A DNA stretch of 64,000 nt from Ramazzottius varieornatus (taxonomy: Eukaryota > Animalia > Tardigrada). Location of the stretch: contig BDGG01000008.1 in the NCBI GenBank assembly GCA_001949185.1, positions 1,302,001-1,366,000 on the forward strand, given 5' to 3'. This document shows positions 34,501 to 51,029 of the stretch, piece after piece (within the stretch, counting starts at the first letter, position 1; every line of letters begins with the position of its first letter). Under the pieces are notes generated by a model. That model saw only the letters and a program-made list of their open reading frames with translations. It had not been told where the DNA came from and did no database searches. Made by a program: the position numbers and the translations under genes.

Positions 34501-36578
34501 CAGAGAACCTCATATATTGGTTTAGTTGGTTGGCGAGAAGAGGATGCTTTTCAAGGACTCAAATGCGAATTGCGAGCGAGATTTTTGAGCAAGTCTGCAT
34601 GTGAGGAAGTTCCGGCGAATCCATTCCGGGAGGTAATCAATCGACCTGATCAAGGTCCTTGATAAGATCAGATTGGCAAGCAGCATCCTTCTGCAAAATT
34701 CATTCTCGGAAACCAAAGACGAAACTCCCACGAGACACCCAGATGAAGTAGCGCAGAGAAACCTCACAGACTTGAGAACATTAATTTTGTTGGCATCTTG
34801 CCCAAGTTAAGTATAGACATTTAACAAGGCATAATTTTGCCGTTCTCGATTCACGTGAAAGAGATGTCGTTGGCTGAAATGTCCATTGCAAAAGAGATGC
34901 GCTAATTAATTCGCATAAAACAATCACACCAGTGAAAACAGTTGTCCCAAAATAGTAGCGAGAAGGGTTTGGGATTGGCATTTCGTCTGGTGTTGATCGG
35001 CTACAGTTGTTATCGATTATGCTTCTCTTTGAAGGTTGTCCCGCCGTGCAGCCACCGGAAGTAGCAGATGGCGTGGAGCTCTTCTCGGGTTTCAAGTTGG
35101 ACGTGTGGTCCTGTGGAGTGACATTCTTCAGTCTGTGTGCCGGTAACTCCAGGTTCCCCTTTGTGGGCGAAACTGTTTACGAGCTCTTTGCCAATATCTC
35201 CGAGCGACCTCACGAAATGCCAGCTGACATTCGCAACACCGAGCCCGAGTTCTGCGCTGTGATCGATGCTATGCTGCAGAAGAAAGAAGCCAACAGGTAA
35301 GCGATGCATTTCCGGTGTGTAATAGATGAAAAGGAGGCACTACCGACCGCCCATTTCCGTGAAATTACAACCTTGACATGTTACGACACCTTGCTGAATA
35401 GCGCCTGAGTCGATTCTCCTGTTCCGACATTTTTTCCGACGTCAACAACCTAAAACAGAATTTCCATTAACTTTCCGTGATGGTGCCAAGTTTTGAGAAG
35501 CTGGTGGACCACTTTTCAGGCATCTGCATACACAGGGATGGGGAGACTTCACGAGGTGCAAGTATGCGGGTGGATGAACGGCTGCCACATATGTGGTGTG
35601 GGCCTTTCATGCACTTGCATACAGCACGTGCGGTCTGCTGAGTATGCAGGTGGGCGAAAGTTTGCCATACTGTTTTTCTGACGTCGTTTTGTGTTTTTGC
35701 AGGCCTTCCTTGGACGAGCTGCGGTACCATCCATGGGTTCGCCGTCACTGGCCGATGCCACCTGAAGGGTTCCCTATTCAAGATTTCATCCTGCAAGCAG
35801 AAACGCGCTCAGTGGATAGTTTCCTGCCGTACATTCATGCACATCTCCAACTCAGTCTTTCGTCCACCACTAGTCGAGCGGCCAGCATCGCGGGTTGTGG
35901 TGCTGCTGGCGGTCGCTGCGCTAATCACCACTACCACTACCCGAGGTAATTACATCGGACGACCTTCACCATGAATCATTGTTTGGGCCGTTCCTCGACC
36001 CTCGTTATGGTTCTGTTTTGAGGTACCAACCACAAACAAACTGCTAACTCAAACCAGAAGAAAACGAAACCCTGATTCTTTTTCAAATACGGGTGCGGTG
36101 ACAAGCAAATGCTCTTGAACCTGCATCTTACAAACCTGCATACACCCTGTCGTTGAATGCTCCGGCTATGCAGGAGGTATCCATACAGAGAGATCCGTCG
36201 AGTCAGACAGAAAGCTGCTTTTAAGGTTCTGTGATTTTGCGTTCAAGCTGTCTGCTGATGTATTTCCAGATAGCGACAATGTGTTGCCAAGACTGTTGTG
36301 ACGAAATGTGATTTTTCCTCTCCAGGTGTCACAATCATCATTTGACGCACCAAAGCTCGATTCGCCGGTCGAGCCAGAAGTTGCAAGCAGGCCGGCGGCT
36401 CTCGACAGATTCTCGGCGTCTGATGCACAACCGAAGTGTACACAGCAGTGTTAATCGAGGCATGGATAGCCGCGGGAGTAAAGGAGCTCAAGTAGCTCAC
36501 ACAACCACAGTCGCACAAGGCCCTACCGATCAAGGCTGTTTTTCTTTCAAGAAATGGAAATTTTGCCGTGTTACCTGA
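31531..36578 (+). CDS. STK11: Serine/threonine kinase LKB1 (PAR-4), about 7 coding exons
   Basis: [57 protein letters not shown]|[26 protein letters not shown], and a C-terminal CAAX-like KKWKFCRVT*. Confidence 0.93.
32650..32745. repeat. Palindromic element copy (STK11 intron)
   Basis: TCGTTTTCCCAAGTGGCGTATACTTCCAGCCA. Confidence 0.7.
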
Positions 36579-37197
36579 GAGTGAAATGACAAAGAGGCGT
36601 CTTTTTGATATTGACCTGTACACGTTTGCACAAAACCTTCTCTCGGATGATATAATGATAGTCTGTTGTAACCGGGATGAAAACTCTCTTGTTGTCCACA
36701 GTCGCCCAGTGTCGGTTAATTTAGTGCGGGACTCTTTTCTAAGTCGTGCTCAAAGGGGCATTTTTTCCTACTTTGTAACAGACACTCTCTTTTTCACTTG
36801 CTTTTGTCCGAAGGTTTGCAGCTCTGGATTTTTCTCCTTTTCTTGTTGTAAAAATACTCGTATCGTCACACACGTGTTCTCTCTTTGCTTCTGTTTACAA
36901 GTTACAACAAATTTTGCTGATGGCGCTAGTTTTGCCTTCCTCTTGAAAGGCCGCCCTCTGATCCTTTTGTACATAGTACCTTGGAATCTGTGTTTGCTTC
37001 GGGGAAATTCACGTAAGCCCAACCCTGGTGGAAAACCGTCTTATAACCTGCAGAATCAGCTGAAAAAGGCTATAGAAATAAACATGTCCATTAAAACAAC
37101 GTTTCGTTGCAATTGACTCAGCAAGAAAACAACGCAATCAGATTATCCACAACCATTTTTGCTGCTATCAACAACTCTTAAAATAAGGAGCTCATTG

Positions 37198-40027
37198 TTA
37201 GACATGTTGAACTTCGGAAACGGACGGAATAGAGCTAGAAGGTTTCGAAGCCACAACAGGTGATTTGAAAACCGGTTTGGAAGGTGTCACATTCAGTAGA
37301 ATATTCCACTGTTCCAACGAGGGGAAAGCGATGATGGCTCGACCATCTTCCTCATAACCATCCTGAATCACCTTGTTTGTTCTCTCCAAACACCGCCATA
37401 TCTTCATGCGTATCGGTTTATACAAAACGGACAAAGTATCGATGCTGATCAGATAGAGTAAAAACTGGGTTAATATGACAGGCAGCTCAGTCTTAACGTT
37501 CCTGTAGACGAGTGCGACCAAGTCCTTCACGTCGTTGGGCGACGCGAAGGACTGGTTGCTGAGCTTGATCGGACTATCGGGTTTCTGCATGCTCAGTATG
37601 ACTTCAGCCCTCTCCAGGAACGTGGGGAGAGGACCGAGGATCTTGGCGGAGAGGAAGTCGACCAGGCGAAGACAGACTGTGCGGAGGCGGGAGTCGACTT
37701 CCTTTCGACAGTCAACCGTACTTGTCTTCACATCCGGCGCGCTGTTCAGGAAGAAGTCTAATAGAGCGTTACGAGATGAGAGAGTGAAGATGGCCGATGT
37801 GCGTGACACCATTGTCCGGGCTGCGTCGTAGACTTTGCTGAAATCGAGTGAAGTCTCTTCCGTGCTCATGTCCATCTGGTAGAGCGTGAGGTGCTCGCGG
37901 AGGACCAGGACGTGTGAAATAAGGAAGAGGTCGCTGTGGATCGGGCCTTTGGTCTTCTGGAGCTCGACGGAAGCTTCCGTTAAAGAAGTGAGCGTTTGAA
38001 ATATCACTTCCTGCGCAATCATCTGTAAAACACAGAAATGCTAGATTCAAGAGCTTGGCGAATAAACTCGACAAGTTGGTTTGCTCAAGTGGCGCACGCT
38101 TCCAGCTCGTATCACTGAAAAGACGCGCCGCTTGGAAAAACGATCTGGTCGACTTTGTTGCCGTAGTGAAGCATGTTTTCAGCGATATTAGCTGAGATCG
38201 TGCGCCAGAACAAAAAGCCATGGCGGGTTTGTTCGTCGAAGTCCTGTGTGCGAAGTATATTATGGGCGAAGGATAATTCGTTTCGTTACCTTGAAAGACT
38301 GGGCGTCAAGGCTGTTGAACAACTTCCCAATCAACCCCACCGCTCTTCTCAGTGTCGGAAACCAGAATCCCTGTGACTCCACCGAGAACAGGTATCTTTC
38401 CTCGTACGCCCGCGAACTCACCGACGAGATCGAAGCACGACTGGACATTCTGTTCCGACTATCTTCCTTCGAAGCCTGCATCAGTTGATGCAGCACTTCC
38501 AACTTCTCCGGGTACGCCAAGTCTCCCTTCGACCACCTATACCCCGTAATCTGTTGAGTGATGAACGCATGGATTCTAAACATCAGCCTCTCTCGTGCGT
38601 CAGCTAGCAGCAATCTAAGGAACACGACGAATGGTACGACTTCTAAAGAGACTTCCTCACCGGCTTCTCGTACCAGTTCCTGGTTGAGGAAGCAGCAGAC
38701 ATCGCTAATCTTCTCGACTTGGTCAAGATGAATGATTTCTGGCCGGATACCGTCATAAAACTGCTGGCATATCTCGTCTAGGAAGTCAGCCAGTGCAGGA
38801 GAGGGTTGGGAAAAGTACTGATGGTACAGCCTGAACTCCTCTCGACACACCCTCACCAAGAACGAACTCATTGTTCGAAGAAAGTCAATCACGTTATTCT
38901 TTGCCTGTTTCCGGTATTCTGCTAGGGTGGAAAGGTAGAACGGGCTGACTATCCTACGGGAAGAAAAGTAAATCTGATGGCAGTCTTGTATGAGGTCTGT
39001 GTAGTATTCGGGATGTTTCAGAGCGCGTTCGTCAACGTCTCTGATGAGGGTGCGTGTAGGTCCAAAGGTGTGCTGAAACGTTGAGTAGAGGTTGGCAAAG
39101 ATAGCTCGACTGTCTTGACCGGAAGGGACAGTGGCCAGACTAGCTCGAGCTGCTGCTTGGAAGGTTCGGTTGACTTCGTTGCGGATCAGCGTGGTGGCTT
39201 TCGAGAACAGTTGGGAATACCTGCAAAACAACAACATCGTAGTTACGTCGAGTGACAGGGTGCAGTTGGATACAGGGTTCAGCGGCGTAGGTGTACCGTA
39301 TTCCCTGAATGCAGATCAATGCCACGTGTTATCCCTTACGAACTCGCGCCTGACGTCGTTGCGGCTGTGAGTGCCTTATTCGTTTGAAGCTTCTGACGTC
39401 TTCGCGGTCAAATAGACGTGGCATTACTCACTTTGTTTTGAAAAGGTTGGACTCCTTAAATTCCACCGTGGTTTCCACATGTCCCATGCTAGCTTGCAGC
39501 TTATCCATCAGTTCAAAAAAGACGGGAGACGTTACGTTTAGTCCAGGAGCATTCAACTGCACGGCGAGACGATCAAAGTCTAACAGCGGTGCCATCTTTG
39601 CATGAAGGATATCAGCAGTGGCTGCCAGTTGCTGCTGTTTCTGCACGAGATCTTCGCAGTCGCCGTAAAGCGCATCGGTTTTCTCCTTGACCGTAATCAG
39701 GGTAGACAGCAGCTGGCCAAGGTGTTCACTGGCTTGTAGAAGGTGGTCTTTCATGTTAATCGCATTCGTCTCCAGTTCACGTAGGCGAGCTTCTTCTGCT
39801 GAGAGAGACGGAGATAAAGAAGACCCGATGTCAGGAGAAGGATGTGGGATTGGCACAGCATCCTGCGGCTTGCGCGCTGGATCGTCTTCGCGGTTATGCG
39901 ATGAGAACGGAGAGGCTTCTTCGATCAGGAATGCCAAGTCTTGGTACAGCTCCTGTTGGCGTTCCGTCAAGTCGGCTACTCCCGGCTCGTACTCCCACAA
40001 CAGCAGCTTCGACTCAGTTCCCTGCAT
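37198..40027 (-). CDS. COG3: Conserved oligomeric Golgi complex subunit 3 (Sec34), 3 exons
   Basis: Motifs VKEKTDALYGDCEDL, FYDGIRPEIIH, DARERLMFR, GDLAYPEKL, WFPTLRRAV and LFLISHVLVLREHL. Approximate exons: 40027-39432, 39220-38290, 38023-37198. Confidence 0.93.
38048..38165. repeat. Palindromic element copy (COG3 intron)
   Basis: AAACTCGACAAG..CAAGTGGCGCACGCTTCCAGC..GCGCCGCTTGGAAAAACGATCTGGTCGACTTTG. Confidence 0.85.
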
Positions 40028-40129
40028 GACCAAATTCCTGCTTGTCGATCCCGATGTATCTCTCTTAGATTGCTCAGTCCCCACATTCACGCTCGGACAC
40101 GTTGCTAGAAAATACAAATATACTGTACT

Positions 40130-40554
40130 AAAAGTTCCTAAAAAAATGATTATATGTCAAACACCCGAGAGATTGCGATAACTATCTCGAGATAAGGTCG
40201 TTACAATCAGTCGATCAAGCCAGATCAGGAGTGCAGGACAAAAGCTTCCTACCCGTATGATACGGGCAAGAAGCCGGGCCGTATCTTACCCACAGTAAGT
40301 TTAGCAATCAGCACTTTACGCAGCACGCTTCCGCCTTCCTGAGCACTTTTCAGTCTGAATTTCTCATTAATTTTCTTCTTCATATTGCCGGACTTCTGGC
40401 ACGAAGATCTAAGAGGAAGCTCACGGGAATCAGTGTACGGTGGCGGCGGGAGCGCTGGCTCACCTGTAACCTGTCCCTAAAACTTATCTCGACCAGTGCA
40501 ACCTGACTGCGTCAGTGCGTTCTCCTGACCGGAAGTCGGAATACACCCGCTACG
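40130..40554. promoter_or_regulatory. Bidirectional promoter region of COG3 and KRI1 with an ETS-like CCGGAAGT site
   Basis: The two genes are head-to-head with starts about 530 bp apart. CCGGAAGT lies at about 40529. A similar ACTTCCGG sits at about 44099 between the DUF4748-like gene and GHITM. Confidence 0.5.
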
Positions 40555-43583
<3,029 letters not shown>

Positions 43584-43863
43584 GTCTTCAAATATTCGGT
43601 TGCTTCCTGAGTATCACCCGCGTTTCTTTCTTTGAATCTAATGTTCTGTTTCGTGGCAAATTCAGCATGCAGGGGAAAAACAAATAGACGAAGAATGCAA
43701 AGTAAAATTTCAGGATTTGCGTCACACGGAAGTGATTTATATGCAGGATCAAACTTTCAAGCTAAACAGGAACACGGCAGCCTTTCGCGCTTCATAATGA
43801 ACAGGACTGCATGATCACGAGCATCACTGCTTTCTCCATGTCGTGAATCGAACTGCGAAGGAT

Positions 43864-44091
43864 TCATGGGACGCTGACGGAAGGATCAATGGTTCCTCTA
43901 TAGCTACGAGGATCATAGGTTCCGGGTTTGTTGGCGTTCTTGATGGCATTCTGAGTCTTCACGATTTCCCTCCTCTTAGCTTCGACGTTATTCTTTGCCA
44001 CAACAAACGATCCCAAACCTAGAGCGATGATAATAGACCAGCCGAGGAAAACACGCGCTACATTGGATGGTCGCTTAATAACTGCAGACAT
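43864..44091 (-). CDS. 75-aa single-pass membrane microprotein, DUF4748-like
   Basis: Clean ATG-initiated ORF. LGWSIIIALGLGSFVVAKNNVEAKRRE resembles the DUF4748 pattern (GW...G.G.[YF]..AK..[IV]...R). It is head-to-head with GHITM. Confidence 0.72.
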   Translation of the reverse strand: MSAVIKRPSNVARVFLGWSIIIALGLGSFVVAKNNVEAKRREIVKTQNAIKNANKPGTYDPRSYRGTIDPSVSVP

Positions 44092-44737
44092 GCTCGCGAC
44101 TTCCGGCTGACCAACTCGGCGTCCAAAACTCTGCGCACAAGCGAACTCAGCAACTTTCTTCTAACATTCCCTCCAACTTCCAGTCAGCAGATGTCCATAG
44201 CTTACGAAAGCGCTGTCTGAAGAGTAAAAGTGACAACTGCCCAAGAGGAGCTCCGATTGTTCACCCTGTCCGGGAGTCAAAACTCGAAGAAATTTTATAA
44301 CTTGACGGGTTCCACATTACCAACATTGCGATTCGCATCGTTTTCATAAACCATTCGCCTACACATCTTGATTCAAAACCAGTTGATTTGTAAGAATGGA
44401 ATACGGAAAGGACATTCCGTTGCGTTTCGGAAACGGTGGCTGACGTTACGTTTCCTAATCGTTTCTATTTAAACACATAGTCCAATTGCGATTTTCCATC
44501 GCGTCATTCCAGATCTTTCGTTCAAGACGGCCTCATATGTGCCAGATTTTGCGAAGTTGCCTGGTATTTTCCACTACGACTCTGTTTTGAGTCTTCCTCA
44601 GCTGCAGTAGTTTGTCTCGTTATCACTCGTCGACGTCCAACTATTCCTGAAAGGATCGAGGCAAGGAAACCCTCTCTGAGAGCGAATAGACCGACGGAGC
44701 TCGCGTGATTCTCCGAAGCTCCCAAACCGCCTCCAAG

Positions 44738-46175
44738 ATGTCGCTGTTTCGAATGACTTGCTCCTCCATCATCCCCCGGACGATTATCCGGACGCACCTT
44801 CGAACACTTACGGAGGAAGCTCCTCGTGCTCGTCGGGCGGATCTTTTGGCCCGCCAGAAGTTGAGCGGAAAGCAGCCGACGTTCAAGGAACGAATGATGG
44901 CACCAGCGGGAGAATCGGGTGCGTATGACTGCTTGATTGCTGATTAGGCTGATGTTCACACTTTCTTCCTTGTTGTAGCCTTTAACGCTGGAAAGATCGC
45001 TCTCGCTGGTGGCTCGGCCGTCGGTATCGCTTTGCTGTGCTACTATGGACTGGGAATGTCTGGACAAGCAAGTTTGGCTGATCGAGCCATGTAAGAATTT
45101 GCTTATCGATCGTTCATCGAGGAGAGTTATCTGATGAAATGTTTGCTTGGTATTACAGGATGTGGCCGGAATATGTCAGGACAAGGATTCGCGATACTTA
45201 TTCATACCTTGCGGCTTCTCTGGGTGTTACTGCCGGAGCAGCATACGGCGTTTCCAGAGTACGTTCTTGTCAAGTCAGCAAAGCTAGTCTACGGTATCAC
45301 ATGGTTTTTTCCCTATAGAGTCCGCAGCTGATGAGCTTCTTCATGAGAGCCGGCTGGATGCCCATGATTGTCTCGATGGTGGCGATCATTGGTACAGGCA
45401 TGCTGGCAAGGTCCATCCCTTACGAGAACACGGCAGTGAAACACGCAGCCTGGCTTCTTCACGCTGCCACCATCGGTGCCATGATTGCGCCCTTGACGCT
45501 GCTCGGAGGACCTGTCATGATGAGGGCCGCCATGTACACCGCAGGTACTTTTGCCCCTTTTTTCATTCTGTGGCCCGGAGTCGATGCTTGGTTAATGCTT
45601 GGTTAATGATTTGGTTTAATCTTTGTAGGTATCGTTGGTGGACTTTCGACCGTTGCAGCTTGTGCTCCCAGCGATAAGTTTCTGATGATGGGTGGTCCTC
45701 TCGCCATCGGTCTTGGTGTTGTCTTCGCTGCCAGTCTTGGATCGGCGTTCCTTCCACCGACAACAGGTAACCTTGTCCTAGTCGCCTACTTGACCTGCTG
45801 AAAATTTATCTCTGCTATCGGATCGTTAATAAGGGTGATTTTGTTCATAGCTTTGGGAGCTGGCTTGTACTCCATCTCGATGTACGGAGGTCTTCTTCTG
45901 TTCTCGGCATTCCTCCTGTACAACACCCAGCGTGTCGTTAGAGCAGCTGAGATGATCCCGCCTGATGGTTATGGTGTGAGGAAATACGATCCTATCAACG
46001 CGTGAGTCCTTTTGGATTTCTTCTGTCACAGTACACGGTCTTGTCCGCGTGCCTCCCAACGGCCGGCCTAATCTTTTCTTCTCGCTACAGAATGATGGCC
46101 ATCTATATGGATATCATCAATATCTTCGTAAGGATGGCTGCGCTGCTTGCCGGTGGTGGGAACCGACGCAGGTAG
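44738..46175 (+). CDS. GHITM: Growth hormone-inducible transmembrane protein (TMBIM5/MICS1), about 7 exons
   Basis: Mitochondrial presequence-like N-terminus; LCYYGLGMS, WPEYVRTRIRDTY, KHAAWLLHA, CAPSDKFLMMGGPL, YGGLLLFS, YDPINA..IYMDIINIFVR and terminal GGNRRR*. Confidence 0.95.
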
Positions 46176-46478
46176 ACGACTCGGAAAACGTTGCGAATTC
46201 CCTCGTGCTTTTGTACAAAGTGGCAAGTGTGAAATATTTTACGTCGAATCTTTTCCTGATAAAAGTTTGAACCGTGAAACGTGTATGCTGTTAGCAGCTG
46301 TCGGTGGTTTGAAACGAAACGACCATGTCATCTCAGTCAGTATTGAGAAGATTAAATTACAGACCGGCTGAATAAGATTTGTCATCGATCATTTCGCCGA
46401 AAAGATATAGCAGTCGTTTTGAGCAACGCGGTGTATAGAATGCGTTAGGGAGTGCTAGAGAAGATCTCACAGGTGTAA

Positions 46479-48045
46479 CTACCAAGACTGTGCTGGTAGA
46501 TCTGCGTCATCTTGTTGGAAAGCGGAGTTGACCGACGCTGGGTTGCTGGGTACACTGCCTGCTGGTACTGGTGCGGCAGCGACCTCTGCGGCGAGTATCT
46601 CGTCCATTGGAAGTGATCCGGTCGGGTGTTCCTCGAGTCCGGAGGTGGAGTTGGCTGGCACCGGTGACACGGCCTGTCTCTTGTATGGCTTGGCGTTCAA
46701 AACAAGGACGAAAGCTACGGCACAAAATTGTGGGTTAGAAGGAGGGGTTGAGCCATAGGAATCAATATACAGTACATCATCAGGTGCGGAAGTATGACTT
46801 GTCCCCCTTAAAACATTTTGACTTCAAAAACTCATAGTTCTGCTCCCCCTCGTCCTTTCGTTCTAGTCATTTTCTCCTGTTAGTCTACCAACTCCCGTAC
46901 CTTGTTTGACACTCCATTGATTCAGGTTTCTCAGCCCTGGAGTACGCCAGGAATTATTTCGACGGGTCATGCGTAAGTGAAATTTCGGGGACTTTGGTGT
47001 TTAAATTTTATCGAGGCACGAACGCATCTCACACTGCCGAAATGACCAGATCCGTGTTTGATGATGAAACATCTAACAGTTCTACCGTGAGGGATCGGGT
47101 TGATCGGTCTCGTTTTGGGGATTTTTCATTCAAAAGTTACCCTTACGGAAGACTGAAGTCGAAAGCGGACGACAATGTGTTGCACCGATCATGTCGCATC
47201 CGATACTTCCCAAACTATGGCGTAATCCTTACAAGACTAGGGTGTGCCTCCCTGAAGTCTCGTAGCAAATTTAACACTCTGCGTACGACCGTCCTCTTTG
47301 TGTATACAATGCCCCAGTTTTCTTCTCCAAGTCTTCCCGTTTGGTCTTTTGGACTGGGATTTTTTTTTGGCCTGGCTCGCGATGTGGTCACCAAAAGGGT
47401 GTCGGTGACCGTCGTTCAACCGATTTACAGAAAAATAGAACGGATCTTGTTCTCGCCTCGCCGTTTTCGGTGGTAATTAGGTCTACGTTGATTTGCACGA
47501 ACCACGCTGAACATATCCTCTCGAAAAAAATCAAAAGAAGGACAATGTCCTACTATGTCATAAAATTATACCAGGCAAATATGGAAGTTGACTGTGCGGT
47601 CAGGAGAAAAATGGAAGTCCGAAAAACCAGCAAACGTTACTGACGCCGCGTGACCGCTAACACGAGCGGTACCACCACCGGTGGTACATCCCTGGTTACG
47701 TTTGCCAAATTTCAATTTTCAACACCGGCACTCTATAGAAGATTTTTAAGTGAAAATTGGTATGATTTGACATAGGCTAACCACCACAGAAAATTTTTAA
47801 CCGTGAGCGGCACACAAAGAGAACCATGATAAAATTTTGATGGCCACCTCACACGCCTGACCGCTATAGATCTCTCTGGTCCAGCAGTGCGATAATGTTA
47901 TCCTATTCCTCTCTGGAACAGGCATTATTTATGGAACCTTCCCGTTGAACGGACTAGACTTACTAGTGTTGCAAGGCTGCTCCAGAGTGCACTCTGAACA
48001 CAACTCTTCCGCAAAACAGCGGGAACAGGAACTGGAATTTCCCAT
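46479..48045 (-). CDS. Putative 105-aa orphan protein with an N-myristoylation motif and Cys-rich N-terminus (2 coding exons)
   Basis: Exon 48045-47964 (MGNSSSCSRCFAEELCSECTLEQPCNT, donor gtaagt) splices in phase to exon 46714-46479 (acceptor tgtgccgtag). Confidence 0.45.
46968..47190 (+). mobile_element. Mariner transposase N-terminal HTH remnant
   Basis: VFKFYRGTNASHTAEMTRSVFDDETSNSSTVRDRVDRSRFGDFSFKSYPYGRLKSKADD resembles the Mos1/Hsmar N-terminus (..R.GDFS....GRP). Confidence 0.75.
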
Positions 48046-50684
48046 CCAGGCTTCTTATAGTAGGATTCTCCTGTTAACAGATTATCACCTGCTCGAGACA
48101 TTGGACCTTCTCCAGCGAGACAGAGAAATTTTCTCGGAAGTGGGTTTGGAAAGCGGCGTTACGGAGATTATTGTCCCTCTTCTCTCAGGCTCCTGGAACG
48201 AAATGGAACGAAATGTCTCCCGAACGAAATGAGTTTATAAGTTGATCAAAAAGATTGTGGCGTCGGAAAAACTTTTGACTTCGGCAAAGGCCAAGGGGAC
48301 AAGTCATCAGTGTTGCTTCAATATGACTTTTTGGATTCTAATTGCAATTACGATTAATCGGAATACTTCGGGCGGCAGCAATTTCAATTGTCTGAGACTC
48401 AGCTCAGCCGAACTAGCATTTAGAATTAATCATAATTCAGCTCGCATTAGCAATTGAAATTATTTCATTTGTCTTGGTTCATTTTTGAGATCTAAATTTT
48501 CACGAGGTATCGTGTTTTAAAGCGGATTGTGCCTGTCGTTCCATAAGCGTGGAGTGGATGTTGGACGTTTAGCTCAAAACATGTTCTACTCAAGGCACTA
48601 AACACGGATGCGCTGATGGAAGCAGGTGTTGTAATGCTTCCTGACGCCTTACGAGTGCGTCGTCATACACGCGAAACATCTCTTAGGGGGTTGGTAAGTA
48701 AAGTATCGGGACCGGGGTTGAACTTCGCGCGTACATCCATGCGCCCCGCGTGATTCGCAAAACAAAACTGTAAGCCTGGTGCCTTTCTCCGTCGTGCGCC
48801 ATGCACATACGCATACATGTTCGCCCAATCAAGCGCCAGACACCCAGAAACTCCGATACTTGGTACACCCACGTGCGTTTAATCGCGCTGTAGGGCGCGA
48901 AAACCTCAACGGGGAAAAAATCCACACTGAGGTCCTTACCAGAAAGCACAGCGGCGAGAATAAAGCACTTCGAGGAAAACATTGTCGGGATAAGGCGGCG
49001 AACTAGCAGGCAAGATGCAAGGAGGTACGAACGGCAAATGTCCGATGTAAGAAATCAGATTAGAGCAAGGAAGTAGTGCCAAAGTTCAATATAGGATGAG
49101 AAGTGACGTATCCTGTAGTGGCCGGGGTTCTCATTTTATAGGTAAAGCGGCACCTCAGCCGGACGTTGCTCTTGAAAATCATGACGCCAAACACGAACTG
49201 CTGACGCGTGGAACGAACAAGCCGGAAGAGTTTTGGCCTAAAACTACGACTGGAATTGTCTTGTTACTAACCTTGACAGTTTCTCGACGGTTTTCCGTTT
49301 GAGTGTCGTCGCCGATTGTTTGTAAGTTCTTGCAGTCGAAGTACCGTTTTCGAGTACCAGCCACGGTACCTTGCGAGGTGATGCTTCTGATGCGCGTGGT
49401 TGACAGACTTTTGAAGGGCTAAGTTTGAGACGACAACATCGGTTTTCTGAACTTACATAAATGTCCGACTGATGCCAGATCTATAGTATTTGTACCTTCT
49501 AGCCGTCCCGCTAACCCCGTTCGTATGCAAGTCGAGCTTGGAGGAAACAGGCAGAGAACTTTTTAGCCAGCCACACGCAGGAAAACATCTCGCTGCCTTC
49601 TACTTGGATTGTCACAAACGTCAGGAATGTTCCCCTGCTTTCTGCTGCAGGCTACGTTGCGAAGGTTCATTAGGTCGGATCAAACAGTGTAAGGCCACGG
49701 TTACAATTCTTCGATTTTGCTTGAACGACTCGCCAAGGTAAGGGCCACGCAAGTCAAGTATTCCACGACGTTCACTCTCTTTCTTTTCTGCGTAGATTAT
49801 TCTTCAACTATATCGCTTTAGGTCCGGTCTTTGGTGCCAGCGTTGAGTTTGCGTTTCTTGCGACAGGACCGGGCGGCCGACCAGGCTTCATTTAGCGGAA
49901 ACCCCGTCATAACATTTGTGAGCAGTTCAATCATTGGTAACGAAACTATTTATGATAAGCAAACGTGGATGATTGGAGCAAATTGAGGTCGTCTGATCGC
50001 ATCGATGGGTGATGTCGATACAGCTAGACTCGAGGTGGTACACAGTCTGGGTGTGATACCAAAGAGGGAGTGACGGCTCGGTGCATCAGTCTTCCACCTG
50101 TCCCTCTGAGCTGTACCGGTCCCGTTAGCGAGCTTAGAGACCCCTTTTCATTGAGAAACAAAAAGCTGAATAGGGTGAAGGGTGGGATGGCGGTTGAAAA
50201 ATTCGTGAGACGCAAAGAGCGCGAATGAAGTTGGTATATAGAATGTTCCGTCGAGAGAACTTCATGAACATATTCATGGGGGACAACTCTGCCGGAAAGC
50301 AGGAGGAGTTAACAGCCGGCCATGGCGAATTACTGGATAGAATTAGCGAGCAAGGAAGTACATTGAGCCGACCAGCAGGAGTACTTGTATGCGGCGCAAG
50401 TGTGCATTGCACCGCATACACGTACCAGAACAGTCCAGGAGAAACGCCATGTCCGGCCGGGGAGTTATAGGAAGGGAAAACGCTTATCATTCAATAACAT
50501 TAACTACAATTATCGCTAAAGACAATAATAATTTTCAATTTAATTGCTGACAGTAAGGTGGAACCGCAGGCTTGCAAATGAAGTTCAACAACAGGCTCGT
50601 GCTGTGCACTAAGAACATCAACGAAGCTGCAAAGCTTATTGTATGATTTGATATACCAGTATAGCATTCGGAGCATATGGTTTG

Positions 50685-50740
50685 TCCGGTGTGGGTAGCG
50701 TATAAATCCGGTGTGGGTAGCGTATAAATCCGTTGTGGGT
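50685..50740. repeat. 22-bp tandem repeat, about 2.5 copies
   Basis: TCCGGTGTGGGTAGCGTATAAA twice, followed by TCCGTTGTGGGT. Confidence 0.85.
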
Positions 50741-51029
50741 TCGTCAGCTGCAGTAAGCGTTTGGCCGCGCTTTTGGCAAATCACCTGGAACTTCCCCGGA
50801 AAAAGCATGACGTCGGTCACGAACTGCTGACACCTGGCACGAGCGAGAGACGGAAAAGTCTGGACCCAACGCCAAGACGAGAACAGTTTCGTTGCTGACC
50901 TTGACAGTCTCTTGAAAGTTTGCCGCTCCAGGGTAGTCAATCTTTCACAACATGTTACCCTTAGATGAGAGCACGACCTCCAAGGCACGGTTGTTTACTT
51001 CTTTATTACCGTGTATGGGAAGGGGAAAA

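Noticed and set aside
39318-39425. AATGCCACGT/ACGTGGCATT inverted repeat in a COG3 intron
   Set aside because: Single copy in this window with short arms and no TSD.
46795-48308. 13-bp inverted match ATGACTTGTCCCC / GGGGACAAGTCAT as mariner TIRs
   Set aside because: The match is short, no right-hand terminus or TA TSD is found, and it would enclose an apparent host exon.
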